The notes beneath the pieces were generated by a model. That model was not told the DNA's origin, did not search any database, and saw nothing but the letters and a program-made list of their open reading frames with translations. A program made the translations under genes and the position numbers. A stretch of 64,000 nt of DNA from Amoebophrya sp. A120 (lineage: Eukaryota > Protista > Dinoflagellata): assembly GCA_905178155.1 (NCBI GenBank), contig CAJINV010000021.1:106106-170105 (forward strand). The letters are read 5' to 3'. Within the stretch, counting starts at the first letter, position 1, and each line of letters begins with the position of its first letter. Below are positions 12,801 through 25,302 of the stretch, in pieces.

Positions 12801-15800
12801 GTTGTTCAGCCGGAAACTCTTCCTCTCCCGCTGGTTCGACCGTTCGGTGGAACAGAAGCGCTTGAAGGTCCTCGCGTTGCACTGCGCAACGGAGATCCGC
12901 TACCGACACCTGCAGCAGCGCACGTTCCTGCTCTGGCGCGGCTACTGGGCGTTTTGGCGCACCGGGGTCGGGATCGCGTTGGCGAAAGCCAGCGTGCTGC
13001 GGAAGAAGCGGTTCTTGCTCAAGTGGGCAGAGAACATTCTAGAGTTGAAGCAGCGGAGGCAGAAGGTGCTGCTGTTGGGGAAAAACCAGGATACCATCGC
13101 GAAAAAGAAGGCGCTGAAGGGGTTCCAGCTGTCCACCTTCGGTGTTTTCGCCGTGAAACCGATGAAATTCGAAGAGCAAATGTGGGCGTGCTACTGCTGG
13201 ATGAGACGATACTGCCACTTGTACCCGCACCACTGCGTGCCACACCAAATCGCGTTCAAAAACCTGTACTTCGACGCGGTCGTCGTGCAGGAGAAGAAGG
13301 ACAGCTTCTCGACGTCGTCGGAGAACTTGTCAGTTGTTGTACCACTATCGTCCGGAGTTGTCGGTCAACATGATGAAAACCACTCCAGGTCGTTGTTCTC
13401 AGCTCCTGCACTACACAACAAGAACAAAAGAGGACTCGTGATGGACCACGACGACCGCGCGAAGATCCACCTCGTCATGTCAACCGACTCCTGGAACAGC
13501 GACGACTCGGTCCGGATCGGGGGGCCGAAAAACTACGGCGTCTCACCCATTGCAAGTTTAGTAAGTGGAGGTGGAGGACCTGGACCGAAATCCTCCCTAC
13601 AAGGGGCGACGGTGACGAATCCGAACAGAGGAGCAAGAAGCAACAGTTTCGGACAAATCAGTGGCAGTCGCACTGCAGGAGCAGCTTTCTCTGGACCTCC
13701 ACCTCGGGGTGCTGGACCTGCTCCGTCATCTTTGGCCTCCGGAGGACCACGAGGAGTGCGCCAAGAACTACATGAGCTGCAACATTTCTCTACCTATCGA
13801 GGACTTGAGCAGGAACAGAGCCTTCTGCCTCACGCCACCAATTCCGCGAAGTTCGAGACGGCCAGGGTGGTGAAACCTCTGATCAATCTGTTTACGGCGC
13901 CCTTCGCCCTCCACCCCCACCGGTTCCGGAAGAGTTTTGGGATGATTTTGAGCCTCTTGCGCTGTACGCTGCTGCGCAAAATGCTGAAGGCGTGGCGGCG
14001 GAGGGTGCAGCAGGAGCGGGTTTTTCGCTTGAAAATGAGGTTCAATTGCATCTGGGATGCCTTCGTCGCATACCGGGACCTCTGTCGGAAGAGAAGGAGG
14101 ATACACAAGGTATGAAATCTGCGAGTATAATGTTTGAGTTTGTCGGTTCTTCGTAAAATACCTTTGGGTCTTTTCGCGCATGTGCAAGGCGTGGTTTCAC
14201 GACCTCGTTGTTGCGTTCTATTCAATCAGAAGCACTTTAGTCCATGCAAAAAAAATTATCTATAATCTCCCAGGTCTTCATCGGGCTGTCCGCCCGAACC
14301 AATTTCCGTCGGATGGCCCACGGGTTCGAAAAGTGGGAGAATAAGTACGCGGGCCACAACTTGTTTCGACGGAACTTTGGCACCTTCCGGCACCGCAAAA
14401 TGCAGACGGAGCTGCGCAGGTTTTTTCACGTGTGGCGGCGGCTGATCCGGTTAGAGCAAAGTGTGCGCCGCGGGCTGATGGACTTTCTGAACGAGAAGAA
14501 GCGGAGGTTGCTGGCGATCTGCTTCAACACGCTAAAACAGGACAAACAGCAGACCCAGCGCATGCTGATTCTCCACGACGTGAGTGATTTGCACTGGTAC
14601 AAGAAGCACGGGACCCGGGCGCTCGCGGCGTGGCGCCAGTACCACTTGCGGAGCCAGATTGTGAGCTGTTTCATCCGTTTGCGTGGGCGGAAGCAGCTGT
14701 TGCACTGCTTGCTCTACTGGAAAATCGAGGTGGAGACCGCAATTCAAAACCAGTTGAAAATCGAGCGAAAAATCGCGGAGAAGGAACGGCAAATCGTTTT
14801 CGATTTCTTCCGCCAGTTTCGGTTCGTGACGAAGCGGGTGCGGAGGATAAGAAACAAAAGACTGCAACGGGAGGAGCAGGAGCGATTGCAGTTAAAAAAG
14901 AAGAGTCTCCGGGGCTTCCGCTGGCACGCGCACCGGGAGAACTACTTGAACCGCAAGGAAGAAAACGAGATCGAAAAGTGGCGGAGCTTTCGTTTGAAAA
15001 CCGCCTTCAAAGCGCTCGCGCAGTTTACCGGATTGTGCAAGGCGATGCAGTTTTTCGCGAAAACGGTAGAGAAATCCCTCCTGCGCCGGCATTTCGCGGA
15101 GGTGCTGCACTGGAACCGGGAGAAGCTACTCGCGGACGTGCGCATTTTCTCCACTTTGCTACAGAGCAAACTGCGGAAGATGGTGCTCGCCTGGAAACAC
15201 CTGTCCGGGCTTTCGCGAAAGGTGAAACTGTTCGGCCCGCGGCTGTTCCACTACCGACTGCGTTCCTGCTTCGCACACTTCGCCTTCAACACGTGGGTGC
15301 GCATCGCCGTGCGGAGTAAGCGGCAGGTGGTGCACCGGAAACTGCTGGCGAAAGTCTTGTTCCGGTGGCGTTTTGGCATGGAGCGGGAGCGTTTCTTCAC
15401 GAAGGCCGGAGCCGCCGTGTCGCGGTCGATGCACCGGCGGCTGGCGTGCCAGGTGCTGCGGAGCTGGGGGAAAGCGGCGAAGGAGAGCAAGAGACACCGT
15501 TTGATCGTCTACGCCGCAAGCGTTCGCCAGAACGCCATCCTCCTCACCGACGCCTTCTCCCTCTGGCGAGAAGCAACGACGCAGCAGAAGCGGCTGGAAC
15601 GCCTGAAACTGCGGCGGCAGACGACCCAGGTGAGCCAGATGCTCCATCTGTGGTACAAGTTCACGATGGTGCAGAAATGTATCGCCGTGTCCGCCACGAT
15701 TTTGCGGCAGATAAAAGCGAAGAACTTCCTCCAACAGCACCTCGCCGCGTGGTCCTTTGTTTTCACGAAGCGGGTGTTGTTCCGGGAAAACCTGCAGAGC

Positions 15801-18800
15801 CTGCAGCTGCGGAAGCGTCAGGGGTTGGTGTCGAAGGCCTTCTACACATGGACGAAAGAAAAACGGCGGAAGGAGCGCCAGAAGACCGGGGTGTTGGATC
15901 TGCAGCGGAAGATGCTTAAGAAGACGCTGAAATTCGGCTTTCAGCATTTCGTGAAGTTCACAAAGTTGAAGCTTCGCGAAAAGACCGCGGCCTTGAAACT
16001 CGGGATGGGGATCCAGAAGGTCCTCACGCGCAACAAGTTTCGGCACCTCCGCTACCAGTGCTACTTGCAGACCAAGGCGGAGCAGAAGCGGAAGAACTGC
16101 GTGGAGTTCGTGCAGCGGCGGATTTTGAGGCCGGCGTTTGTGCTGTGGAAAACGCACTTCAACGAAGTTCTGCTGACGGAGAAACAAACGCAACTGGCGG
16201 ACAAGTTCCGGAAAACAAAGTGGTTCCGCTCCTGCCACTTTGCGTGGTGCGAGTATGTCGTCCGGAAAAGGAGATGGCGGGAGAAGACCGAGCGCGCGGC
16301 GGAGTATTTGGTCACCGTCGCGAAGGCGAACTACGTTTTGAAGTGGCGGAACTGGCAGAACAGCCGGAAAAGGGACGTGCAACTGGAGAAGTTGTCCTTC
16401 CTCTTCGACAAGACGCGAAGATTGAAGGCGACGTTTCAAAAGTGGCACGGGCTGAAGAACGGGCCGCGGGTGCTGGCGAAAATGTACGAAAACAAGATCT
16501 TGGACCGGTACGACAACGTCCTGCAGCTCTTCGACTACTGGAAGCTCATCCAGTATTTATTCGCAAAACACGAACACGTGCAACAAGAAGAAGTGCAAAC
16601 ACATGATGCTGGGGCAGAAGAGAACGACAAGGGAGATGAGCTACGAGCAGGAGAACAACCACTACACGCCTCGAGAAGTAGGATCATCGGCGGTGCAGGC
16701 GCAAGCACTACTTCATCTACCTGCGTGTTTTTGGAAGATTACTACTTGGTCGGCAAGAAAAGAAGGGAAAAGATGATGACAAACAAACCCAGCAGCAAGC
16801 AGGACAGCTCCAACACAACACACAGAAATAACAACTCCTCGCGGGGGGTCGTTGAACATGCAACTAACACAAATGAAGAGTCGATGCTCTCTCTGATTGC
16901 CAGGGTCAGGACTCTGTCGCAGGAAAACCTCTCCGAACCGGCGGCCGGTGGTGGCCGAAGTGGGTTCGAGCAGTCGGGTCTTCATACAGGAGGAGGTGCA
17001 GCGCAAGTAACTCGTGAAGTTTCGCCAACCTCGTTGCTTGTCACGGGCCGATATTCTCCGCCACCGTTGTTGTTCTCCTCGACGCAGCACAATCGGCTCG
17101 TCGCCCCGCAAGACAATTCATCTCTGCTTATACATGTTGATGACTTTTCAGGAGAACAAAATCAAAATCAAAAGGAAAACCAAAACGCATTACACGCAAG
17201 CTGTGCAACTTCTTCTTCGACGAGGCAGCGTGAAAGAACCCGTTCGCCGTCCCGGAGGCCGAGGAAGCTTCTGTGGAAACCGACGAAGAGGCTGGAACGG
17301 GCAGTGATTCTCTTTCGCGTGTTCTACACGATGCGAAAGCTCCAACACATGCTCCACGCGTGGACGAGGCGCGTGAAGGTAGAAAGGAATTTCCAGCGGC
17401 TCGCAGCGCAGAAAAATTCCTTCCGGGCCAAGTCCACCGCGGTGCTTGCGTGGAAGACGGCAGTTGTGCGAATGATGAAAGCGCAACTCGAAGTGCGAAC
17501 GAGGAGACGAGAGAGGGTTTTGAGACACATAACGCGAACCTGGAAGACAAAATGGTTCAACGCCCTGGATTTAGAGAAGAAAAAGCAAACCTTGGTAACC
17601 CGGACCGAAAAAAGCATGTTGTCGCTTTCCCTGCTTTCCTGGCGGAATCTCACGGTGAAAGAAGCGCTGTTGCGGGAGAACTTTTTGCACTACTGTGAGA
17701 AGGTGCGGCCGCGAATCCACTTGGAACTCTACAACCGTAGATGTTTCGTCGCGTGGGAAAAAGTCACCTTCTTGTCTCGGCAGCTCAGGACCGGGAGGGC
17801 GAACCACGCCGACAGGAAAACGCGGCTTTTCTTCCAGAAATGGGAATTTCTCCTCCACTCGAAAAAGCGGGGAACGCTTTTGACAGACGTCGCCCGGGTG
17901 GAAATCAAGCAAAAGCAACTGTTCGAGCGGTGGCGACTGGCGTTTCGATTGCGGCTGGTCGAAAACAGGGTGCCGGTGAGCAGGAGGGTCGTGCCGTTTT
18001 CATCTGACAGCCGGAATGGAACTGCATCGAGTTCTTTTTCTACCGTAGTACAAGGTTTTGTGAAACAAGACTCAGAAGAAAAAGAACAGGAAATAGGACG
18101 TGTTGAACAACAGTTGTCCCCCGAAGATGCAAGAGCAGCAGCTGTTGAGTCCTCATTTTTCCCAGCATCGTCGGACGCAGCGACAACACGAGGTGAACTC
18201 GCAGATGAGACTGCTGCACAGCATCACCGCGTCGTGGCAAGCAAAGGTAAAAAATCTAGGATATTGCAACAACCACAGCATCCCGCAACAGCTTCTGCCC
18301 AGCAGGACCTCCCCCCGCGCCACCTCGGCGGCCTGTCGTTGCAGCGGACCTGCCTGCAGCGGTGGCACTCTTACATTCTGCTGAAGCAAAGCGAGCACAA
18401 GCTGGTGGAGGAATACAGTGCGAACCGGTTCGAAGTTACCCGACGGCGGCACTTTGCCCACTGGTTATCCACGTTACACCTGGTCCGGAAACATCGAAGA
18501 ATACTGCAGATGTGTAAAACCGGGAAGATGGTGATGCACGAAATGGACTTCTGCACGTCGTCGTCGTCGTCGTCGAATACTCATCAACGAAATCATCCCG
18601 CAACATCAAGCTCTTTCGGAACCGTTTTGAAGAAGAAGTTTTTCGCGCTCTGGTTTGCGGAGCTGTCCTTCAAGCAGCTGTGCACGGAGTGCGAGAAGAA
18701 GATCCAGACGGTGCAAAAACTGCAAACGCTGAAGAAGTGGCGGTCTTTCTCCAAGACGAAGAAACGGAGGAGTTCAGCCGCAAAACACCTCGTCGACCGG

Positions 18801-21416
18801 TACCGGACCCGTGTGACGGGGAAGCATTTAAGAGCGATGAGGCGGCTCTATTCCGCGACACACAAGCGAAAACGCTATTTACTGCAGAAAGTCTGGAAGA
18901 TTCTGCACACCAACGCGAAAAACCGCATGGCGACGCTGTTCTTTCTGCGAGCGAAGCTGAAAACGTGGAAGTCCCACGTTCAGTACGTAAAAAAAATTCT
19001 CTCCGGTGCGGGAGTTATCGCTTTGCGGCGGATCCAGCGCGCGAAAAAGGCCGCGTTTGCCGGCTTCCTCGAGGACTTTGACGAGCGGAGGAGACAGAAC
19101 CAGAGGGCGCGGGTCTTCCGGTTAAGCGGGACGCGAACCCCGTCCAGGTGTTTTCTCCTGTGGCGCCGCCACTGTTTTGGCCTGCGGTTCGCCAAACTGC
19201 TCGGCGAAAAAATGGACTCGCAGCTGCAGGCAACCTATGAAAGAGCGTTCACCTTCGGGCTGCTCAAAGACTTCCGCGAGCTGCAGGCCAAAGCGGACCA
19301 GATGCTGGCCGGAGGGGGGGCGGGAGAAGCAAACCAAGCGGAGCAACAGGCGCAAACAGGGAACTTCTACAGGGATGTGCGGACGGGAATTTTGGATATT
19401 CGCGGTGGAGGAGGACCAACTACAGCGCGACAGACTGCCACGACGGGTGCCCACGAAAGTCGGATCCATCAGCAAGTACATCTGACTGCGACTAGTTCCA
19501 GCTCTAGTTGTACTTCCGCTCCAGTTGTAAATTTGGTTTCTGGCGGAGGTACGACGACATCAAAACCCCGGAATATTGGTGACCCTTCTCTTGTTTCCGC
19601 ACAACACCCGGACTGGTCTAAGGACACTACGGCGGGCCCTGCGGACTCGAAATTCGTGACCGATGAGGAATTGAGCTCCGTTACCGGAGCAGAAGACGAA
19701 GCGCTGCACGACGTTGGTCCCAACGCTGCGCCACACGACCACCTGCACATCGGTTCCTCTACCGCGAGAATAGCAACTGGATTTACTTCACAGCACAACA
19801 GCAGGGGCCCTGCAACTTCTGCGAAGACATCAAAGGCTGGTCCCACAGTCGTGCAACTTTTGGACAGCAATCTGGTGAATTTCCGGCCCCGCATCCTGAC
19901 CGAATACGTGCACCGGTGGGTCGAGGTCGCGCAGTACAAGCAAAATTTGAAGAAAAGCCAGCAGCTTTTCCGGCAGAAACAGCTCGAAACGCACTTCCGC
20001 GCTTGGCGGTCCAGCTGCCTAGACGAGCAGAACAACCGGGTCGCGCGGAGATTCTTTTTGAAGAAGTCCCTGCGGGAGTTCAGGGAAGCCACCGAAGAAA
20101 TTCTGGACGCGAAAGTGCAGTTGAACCTAAAGCTGGCGGCCCGCACCCTCCGCGCCTGGAAAATACACACGGTTGAGAACGCGAAGCAGCGCGCCCTCTT
20201 CTTTCGGGCGGACCGGTTTTTCCGCAGGCGGGTGTTCCAGAAATTTTTCCGGGACTGCTGGCTGCACCGCTACCACGCACCCCAGATGAAGCTGCTGAAG
20301 CGGCAAGTCCCCGCCTGGATGAAGGACACGGTGGCGAAGAGGGTACAAGCCGAGGTTTTCAGCCATTGGCGGGACGAAGCGAGCACGTACGGGCCGATTC
20401 TGCGCCAGTTCTGCCTGTCCAACACCTTTCGGAGGTGGCGGACTTGGGGGCGGAAGAGCAAAGCAAGACGGGAAGCGTATGTAACGAAAAGCAGAACGCA
20501 GCGCTTGCAATCATGCTTCGCGGCCTGGTTTCTGCAGAGCCCGCTGGCGACGAGGCTGCGGAACGTGGTTGCGGCCTGGAAGATGCTAACGCACGAGCAG
20601 GGGTTGCTGCGACTCACGCGCGGTGACACAACCAAGTTGCGCACGCTGTACGACGAATCGCCGCGCAAGGTGCGGCGAGCGGCCGGAAGGACAAGGACCG
20701 ACGCGGGCGGCTGGGGAGGTGCGGCCTCCTCTAGTAGTACTACCGAAGGCGTTAGTAGCGGTCGCGCAGCGGGTGCTCGGGGAGTACAAGTTGGTGAAAG
20801 CAGGATCCTGTCGTCCGGCATTACAGCTAGAGCAGGAGCCAGTGGCTCTACTTCCCAGATGAGAGCGAGAAGCGGACGAGCAGTAGATCGAGAGCGGCCG
20901 CTTGACCGGTCGGTGCAGAATTTGTTTTCATCTTCTCGCGAAGATTTTTCGATTACCTCGTCTCTCGACAGCTTGTCGCAGAGTCTGCTACGCGACTCCG
21001 CGGACCACCTGTTCTCGCCAAAAGCACTGCGGAAGTCGCGGATTCTGGCCGAGGAACGGCGGGAAGCGCTCGCGCAATCGGTTTCGCTCTCGTCGGATAG
21101 TGGAATTCTTCTTGCGGGGGTGGATCATCAGCAGGAACCTAGCAGTATGGGGAGCCAAACAGGCTCGCGGCTTGGAAAAGCCACAGCAGTTCCTCCAACT
21201 TCTCTGGGAGCCGGGCCAACCACCGGAAGCTGGATCCACGGTGGCCCCACGTCCTCCGTGGTCCGCGAGGCCTCCGCGCCGGTGCGTCTCGGGCAGGGAC
21301 TGCAACTGCCGAAATTCCCGGGGTTTCCGCTGCAGAAGATCTGTGCGCCCACGCTGGGGCCACTGCCCGCAAACCCCTTTGGCGGCGGGGGAGGAGGGGG
21401 CGGTTTTCACTCATGA
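6878..21416 (+). CDS. Giant Sfi1-like (centrin-binding repeat) protein, ~4657 aa; exons 6878-9553, 9684-9888, 10160-14109, 14274-21416
   Basis: Four ORFs join in frame via GT-AG introns 9554-9683 (GTAAGT..GAG) and 14110-14273 (GTATGA..CAG) and one TIR intron. Dozens of K/R-rich helical repeats ending in (F/L)xxW, as in Sfi1 repeats. Start codon uncertain. Confidence 0.65.
9889..10154 (+). mobile_element. Introner/MITE family F1, copy 1 (266 bp), non-canonical intron
   Basis: TIR tatcaagtgcaaaaatgtctgggtc / gacccagacacttttgcatttgata. Direct repeat GTTCA at 9884-9888 and 10155-10159. Removal gives ...RISAF-TETNQLRVQRLCVHRW in frame. Confidence 0.95.
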
Positions 21417-22352
21417 TGAAGTGCCGGGGTAGGACTGAGACTGTGAGCGGTTTTTTCGAAACGGAGAGGCTGGTTGTGATGGGAACAAAGAGAATATTTT
21501 GTATACCGAACAACTGTTACTGTTACAGAATTGATAAATGATTGACCATTGACATTGCTTTTGCTATCATACCCTTTTGGTGGAAAATAAAGGCCACTTG
21601 ATTCTTGTTTTCAGATTTGATTGATGAACGACATTACCAGTTTGGTTTGGTGTTTCCTTCCGTTTGCTTTGCCTTATTTCAGAACACTTCGTGGTATGAC
21701 CTTCCTGGGCCACGCCCACGAGAATACTTTAGGTTTTTGTGTAATGTTACTCAAGTTAGCTTGGATTTCAAATTCAACATCAATTTCTGTAGTTACTAGA
21801 AGTGGAAGAGGCAATCCTTTGTTTTTCCTCTGCGATTAAGTAGTTGTGACGAATGGCTGTATTTCGCTAAATGAGCACAGTGTTGAATCAGTATCAGATG
21901 CAGAACTGTGTTTCGCGGTCTGAAGTTCGTGCAGAAGCCCCGCGCTCGAGTAATGGGTAAACGCTGGTCCTGGTCACAGCTGTCCAATGGAGTTGCGGCT
22001 CAGCGACTTTTCCTCATTTACATTTTTTTTTGTGTTTCGTATGTTTGTCCCATACTAAGTTGAACGCCACTTCGCAATCCTCGTCGTAGTCGTACCAGAA
22101 GCTTTTTTCTCCCTTCTTCGTGTCCCTCTGAATTATGATGAAAAGTTGGACAAGTACTAGGACAAATCGTCTTCGTGCACATGGTGCTCCTGAAGGAAAC
22201 TCGTGCACGTGTGAAAGCTCACCTCCCTTTCTCGTTGGCGCTAAAACAAGAAACTTCGTTCGTCAACAAAACGTCTCGCTGTCGTTCAATTGAATTCTTG
22301 AATTGGAGTCCTGACGGCGCATAAGGAAAAGATTTTGACTACTTATTTTCAG

Positions 22353-23450
22353 GTCCCAGATTTTAATTTTTTTGCTCAGCACCAGGAGCAACAACTTCGC
22401 CAAACAAGTAAGTACAAGCTGTACTAACCTATTTTCGTCCAGTCGCTCGACTCATCTTGCCCTTCAGGTTGAGTTTGCACTAGTGCAAAAACTAGAATTT
22501 CTTTTCGTTCTATCGAATTCAATTCTTTGTCTTTCGGCAAAGGGGTAAAACTACACCAAATCCAAATCTCGTGAAATCCAAAATGAAGTAAGGCTTCCAG
22601 GTGCTTGCGATCGCCGGCCAAGCCGGCGCGGTGACACGCCCCCGCGGCAGCGGCAATGAGTACACTCACTCGTGTATGATGAGAAACATTCCACCCTCCA
22701 GCATATATCCGAAGATAAGTTTGTCGTGTCTGACGGTGTCGCGTCAAGTGTCTGTATGCCCAAGGTCAGGCTCTCGCGTTGAAAGATATACATGCTTTCT
22801 ATAGAATTACAAATACAAATATTTTGACTGAACTTCTAAAGAGCAGTAGCTGTAGCATGATCGGTCCCCGTCGATCGTCCCAGCATGTGCGTAAATGAAA
22901 TACAGCAAAAGAAATCATAATCATTCTTTTTGAAGCTTGTTTAAGTCGCTGGGCGGAATGTTTCACCTTGATAACCCGGGAAGGAAGTGAGGAAGGCGGG
23001 GCGTTCGTGGAGACCCGGGTGAAGTCGACGATGGTTAACAAAAAACAACGCACGAAAAAAGAACAGTGCTCGTGGGAGAAGTCGCAGTTGGGTAAGTCGC
23101 TTACCTACGAGTATTTGAGCGGCCCGCCTTGCGAATGCGATGGGCCCCTCGTCAAGGTCACGATCGTAACTGGCAGTACTGCGGTGCTGTATTGCTACGG
23201 TGAATGCCTTGCGATTGGCGAGGACCAGTGCCTTTCGTTTACGAAGAACCGGAGAGACCACAACAATTGGTCCGGCGTGCAGGAGCAGCTGAAACAAGAT
23301 CAAGACGGTGAAACTGAAATCTTGTCGTGGTGCGAGTGGGACAAGGGCACACGCACATGCAAAAAAGAGGAGGAGCCGCTGAAAGACGCGTCGACGTGGT
23401 GCGCGTGGAATGATGATGAGAAAAAGTGCCACGAAGGCCCGGGCTGGTGA
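22353..23450 (+). CDS. Small cysteine-rich, probably secreted protein; exons ~22353-22407, 22601-22659, 22946-23450; start unresolved
   Basis: GT-AG introns 22408-22600 and 22660-22945 join ILIFLLS...VLAIAGQAGAV to the ORF with repeated C-x-W motifs (CSWEK, WCEWDKGTRTCKK, WCAWNDDEKKCHE). Confidence 0.55.
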
Positions 23451-25302
23451 TGATATCTGCACTGTTGCACCAGCTGCTGTTTTGTCACCGAAAAATGTAT
23501 ATAAATATTCAGTACTTGCCACATCATACATTCGAATGGAACGATAGTCGTCTTCGTGTCACATTCACATCGAAATTATCCATGTCAGAAAAACATACGC
23601 ATTCTGCACAAGGGCACAAAGTAGATTCTTCAGAAAACCTCACCCACAGTCGAATTCATTATAAGTAGGTAGGAGCACCCAGCATCCAAGCACATGCCAT
23701 ACGTACAAGTTGTTCTTTTACCTCTAGCATGATAACCAAAAAATTATCTGTGCGTCGCAGACCAAGAAAAACATCCGTGCCTCCAGTAGTTAAACTCATA
23801 ATAGTAAAAAATGAAAAACGCAAAAAAATAAAAAGCATGCACGAAAAACACGAAAAGCTACAAGTAACGCTATAGCATATATCTACCCGAGAGATCTAGG
23901 TGGCTACTACTCTGTTGACGCTGCCCAATCACGCACGTAAGCTTCGGGCGCATATCCTGCACCCTAGGGAAAAGATAGAAGAGCACAAGTACTGTTCTAT
24001 TGCGATTACCCCCGGCGACACAGCAGAAAAATAGCAAATCCATCGTAGTCGACGCACGGTACATGAATTCTAGCAGACGATGGAGTGGATTGCTGCACCG
24101 AGCAAAGCTACTTTTTCTCGCATATTACTTCTTCCCCAGACCGTGTCAAAGCCAAGCGCCTACCCTCCCTCCTCATCTATCTTTCGTTTCGGAAAAAATG
24201 TTGTCCATTCACTTTCGACCCCCTTCGACAAAAAGTATCAAATTTTAGCAATTGCGAGTAGTATGCTTGACGCATCCCAGCTTCTGATTTACTCTGATAC
24301 ATAGTCTCGACTCGGAGTGCTGCACGCAGCTGGTGCGAGCGCTGTAGGCTTGAAGAACTACGCTGAAAATATGAAAAGACCACTACAACTAGATGTAGAA
24401 CAGCTCAGGTTCTTGCACTGGCAAGATTCCACCTGGACGCGATTTTTCTGAACTTTTTGTCGATCGAATTGGAGTCAACATCAAAACAACTTCCTTGAAT
24501 GGAAGAAAGTCCGGCTGCCGTCGTGTTTGCGGTGGTTGTAACCAATGCGGCATATCATGACAAGAAGCGTCGAGTTTATACCTTGTTCATGTTGTCGTGA
24601 ATTTCCATAGCCGTTAGGGGCTGCGTGCAGGTTGATGTTGCTTAGTGGTGTGCCTGCAGTTCTTGTGTGACAAGAACCACACTGTTGACTTCTTTTTGTT
24701 TCTTTTTTTCTTTCATCTGTATTTGTTCCTAGGATAATATGTTCCTTTTGTTTTTCGACGACAATGCCTTATTTTGGAAAAAGCTACAAAATAATTGATC
24801 AAGTGTGAGGACGTTCTCACCGATCGACCGATCGACCACATGAAAGCAAACGAAGACGATCTTGGAAAGAGGGTCGACAACCTACGTGGTATGTAAGTCA
24901 GTAACTCCTTTCGTGCTGTCCCTGAAAAACACGTCGGCTGTGGCACTTGAAACAGCGCGAACACGAAAGGACTTCGAGTAAGACGGACATCAGCTGGTCT
25001 CCTCGCTGGCTGGTTTCACGTTGCTCGGCAATGCTCTAGCTTATGCTATGACTATAACTTTACACTTTGACTTGTTTCATTCATGTGCAAACGCTGTGAT
25101 AGATGATTTGAATTTCTGTAACAACGTTGAAGTTCTAATGCCGTTGCTTACTTGACATATTCTTAATCTTTTTCAGCACGAGTTTCCTACATCCAAAAGC
25201 ATCGCTTCGTCCCGGGTCTATTTTCTTACGTAGATTCTTCTCAATTTACCGCCAAGAAAACAGCAACAGCTTTTATTCCAGATAGCACGAGGACAAATAA
25301 AA

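Noticed and set aside
15159-16448. 429-aa minus-strand ORF (and similar ones such as 55682-56683 and 42960-43883)
   Set aside because: Antisense shadows of GC3-rich plus-strand CDS; no recognisable protein features.
22583-22603. ATG AAG TAA GGC TTC CAG GTG in frame, with in-frame stops also at 6706 and 42360, suggesting stop-codon reassignment
   Set aside because: This site lies inside a good GT-AG intron (22408-22600). Multi-kb ORFs contain no internal stops and genes end at standard stops, so the standard code fits.
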